54,109 bases of DNA from Octopus bimaculoides (Eukaryota): contig NC_068986.1 in the NCBI RefSeq assembly GCF_001194135.2, forward strand, positions 43,758,724-43,812,832, given 5' to 3'. The notes under the pieces are model-generated. The model was not told where the DNA came from and searched no databases. It saw nothing but the letters and a program-made list of their open reading frames with translations. The position numbers and the translations under genes were made by a program. Positions 52,154 to 54,109 of the stretch are shown here, piece after piece; position 1 is the first letter of the stretch, and each line of letters opens with the position of its first letter.

Positions 52154-53194
52154 ATGTTATCCATATATACACATACATACCCACACACATATATAAATAC
52201 TAATGGAATCAAATACATACATATAAATATCCACACACACACACATATATATATATACACACCTACAAACATATACACACATATATACATACACCTACAA
52301 ACATACACACATATAAGCGTGCACGTACATGTACAGACCTATATGTATAAATATAAATATTATGCATGCGAATATATGAATAAACACTTATAAATAAGGG
52401 CTCAGTTATTTGGGGAGCAATGCTAGGAAGGATTTGTAGAATAAATAAACTTGGCATTAAAAATAAAGTTAAAGTTAATTGCAATTATAGAGAAACAAAG
52501 AGTGTTCAGCTAAGGATAGAGATGAAAGGAAAATAATACACATATGAGGTATTATAAGTGTATAAAGTTATAAAGTTAATTGCAGTTATATAAAAAGAGT
52601 ATTCAGGTTAGTATAGAGATGAAAGAAATATAATTTTATGTGGGGTAGATTGCCATAAGAGTTATAGGAATACACCAACATGTATAAATATCAATATGTA
52701 TATGAATATACATTGACAAAAAATGCTTAGAGATATATGGAGTAATACCCTAGAGAGGACTGGTATAATAAACATATATGGAATTAAAAATAGATAAAGT
52801 TACATTAAACGTATAGAGAAAATAGAACAATATACAATAGATAGTGCTCAGACTAGGAAAATGGATAAGGAAAAGAAGATAATAAAATCATCTGTGGTAA
52901 TTTGCTATAATAATTATAGGGGCATAATACAGACAATAATGCTTATGGGTTGATATGATAACTATTCGGAAAATAAGATTATGGAATATGTGACTGGTGA
53001 CAAATAAAAGGGATAGATTTAGATGTACTATAAATATTTAATCAGGCAAAGATGTAGAAAGCTTTACACTGCGGGAAATCGAGTCCCAACAAGGTGTTAT
53101 TTTCAAAGGAAATACTGATATTAATAATAATTATTAATAATAATTAGAGAAAGTGTATTTAGCTTTATGGAGGCAGAAAACTTTTTTTTTACTG

Positions 53195-53422
53195 TTAAAT
53201 AGAGGAAGGTTCACTTTCAATACAAAAAATTTCACTTACACGAAAATAACATTTCTTATTCCTTAAATTATATGCAGGAGTGGAGGAGGCTAGAATTTTC
53301 CAATCGAGGTCATAACTAATTATCTTATCCTTAAGTTCCCATATATATTTACTTAAACCAGTGGAATTATTCTTATTTCTGTTCCTAAAAGTATACAAAT
53401 GGTAAGTCAATCTACGTTTCAT
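53195..53422 (-). mobile_element. Penelope-like GIY-YIG C-terminal fragment
   Basis: KRRLTYHLYTFRNRNKNNSTGLSKYIWELKDK...WKILASS.PAYN...KC. Confidence 0.85.
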
Positions 53423-53640
53423 AGGGTTTGGGGTACCCCCCCCCCCACTCCCGCCCAGATAAAGCTTTGGGGTTTCATTTTTGCATAATTTTTATATGAT
53501 GTGTCAACTTTGGCATGCTGGACCCCCCAAAGTAGAAATATCTGTAAGAGTTGAGTTGTATTTATTTACTCCTATGATTGTAATTAATAAATAGATCTTG
53601 CTGATATTTGTCAATTACATATCTCCATTGTTCTATATTT

Positions 53641-53923
53641 AAGAGATGAGGAATTATTTACATTATTTACATTATTTACATTTGACGGATATTTGTCCTC
53701 ATCTTGTTTGTTGTTAACACAACGTTTCGGCTGATATACCCTCCAGCCTTCGTCAGGTGTCTTGGGGAAATTTCGAACCTGGGTTCTCATTCCTAACGAT
53801 GTTATTATTATTATATTATTAATATTATTACTACTATTATTAATCAGGTCGCTGCCGTGAATCGAACTCGGAACCTTGGGGTTAGTAGCCCGCGCTCTTA
53901 ACCTCTACACCATAGCCCGTGGG
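53641..53923 (-). mobile_element. tRNA-headed SINE-like unit: Pol III head, (AAT)n, hammerhead, (AAATAATGT)3 tail
   Basis: A box TGGTGTAGAGG (53902-53912), B box GAGTTCGATTC (53859-53869), hammerhead 53716-53761, 9-mer x3 at 53653-53679. Confidence 0.65.
53716..53761 (-). ncRNA. Minimal type-I hammerhead ribozyme motif
   Basis: Minus strand GACAC-CUGACGA-A-GGCUG(GAGGGUAUAU)CAGCC-GAAAC-GUU-GUGUU; 5-bp helix I, 5-bp helix II, loop-less palindromic helix III. Confidence 0.8.
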
Positions 53924-53932
53924 TATATATAT

Positions 53933-54109
53933 AAATCGGGTATAGCTGATCATGTATGGAAAAATGGAAACCACCTCCCCCTGTGGGATGAAGTTAAAAT
54001 AATAGACAGGGAACAACACTGGAAAATACGAAAACTAAAAGAAGCAGCACATATGCTTGGACACAACAACCTCCTAAGCAGACCGAGTGTAGATATGAAT
54101 AGCATATGG
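53933..54109 (+). mobile_element. Penelope-like GIY-YIG C-terminal fragment of a different PLE lineage (runs off the right edge)
   Basis: Uninterrupted frame KSGIADHVWKNGNHLPLWDEVKIIDREQHWKIRKLKEAAHM. Confidence 0.8.

Overview
AT-rich, repeat-saturated eukaryotic DNA with six N gaps (1057-1912, 8666-8753, 17477-17486, 29341-29554, 47166-47533, 49123-49435). The mix of SINEs, Penelope-like elements and microsatellites suggests a cephalopod (Octopus-like) genome; this is inference from repeat content only. I found no host protein-coding exon I can defend, so the window looks intergenic or intronic. It contains a 5'-truncated L1/Tx1-type LINE, a decayed Ty3/Gypsy element with a tRNA-Ser primer site, three mariner remnants plus MITEs, an R4/Dong-type restriction-like endonuclease fragment, several Penelope-like (PLE, GIY-YIG) fragments, CR1-type scraps, at least four tRNA-derived SINE families, a tRNA-Phe pseudogene and many microsatellites. 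The most interesting hidden signal is a set of type-I hammerhead ribozyme motifs from at least four unrelated repeat contexts: five well formed and three degenerate. One lies downstream of a tRNA-derived Pol III head (a candidate ribozyme-carrying SINE, 53641-53923). Another lies in a ~480-bp unit flanked by 70-bp direct repeats (retrozyme-like, 10671-11219). Other oddities are a foldback MITE built from two transposase 3' ends, a Helitron-type 3' terminus abutting LINE ORF2, and an inverted Penelope-like nest. All folding and family calls were made by eye.
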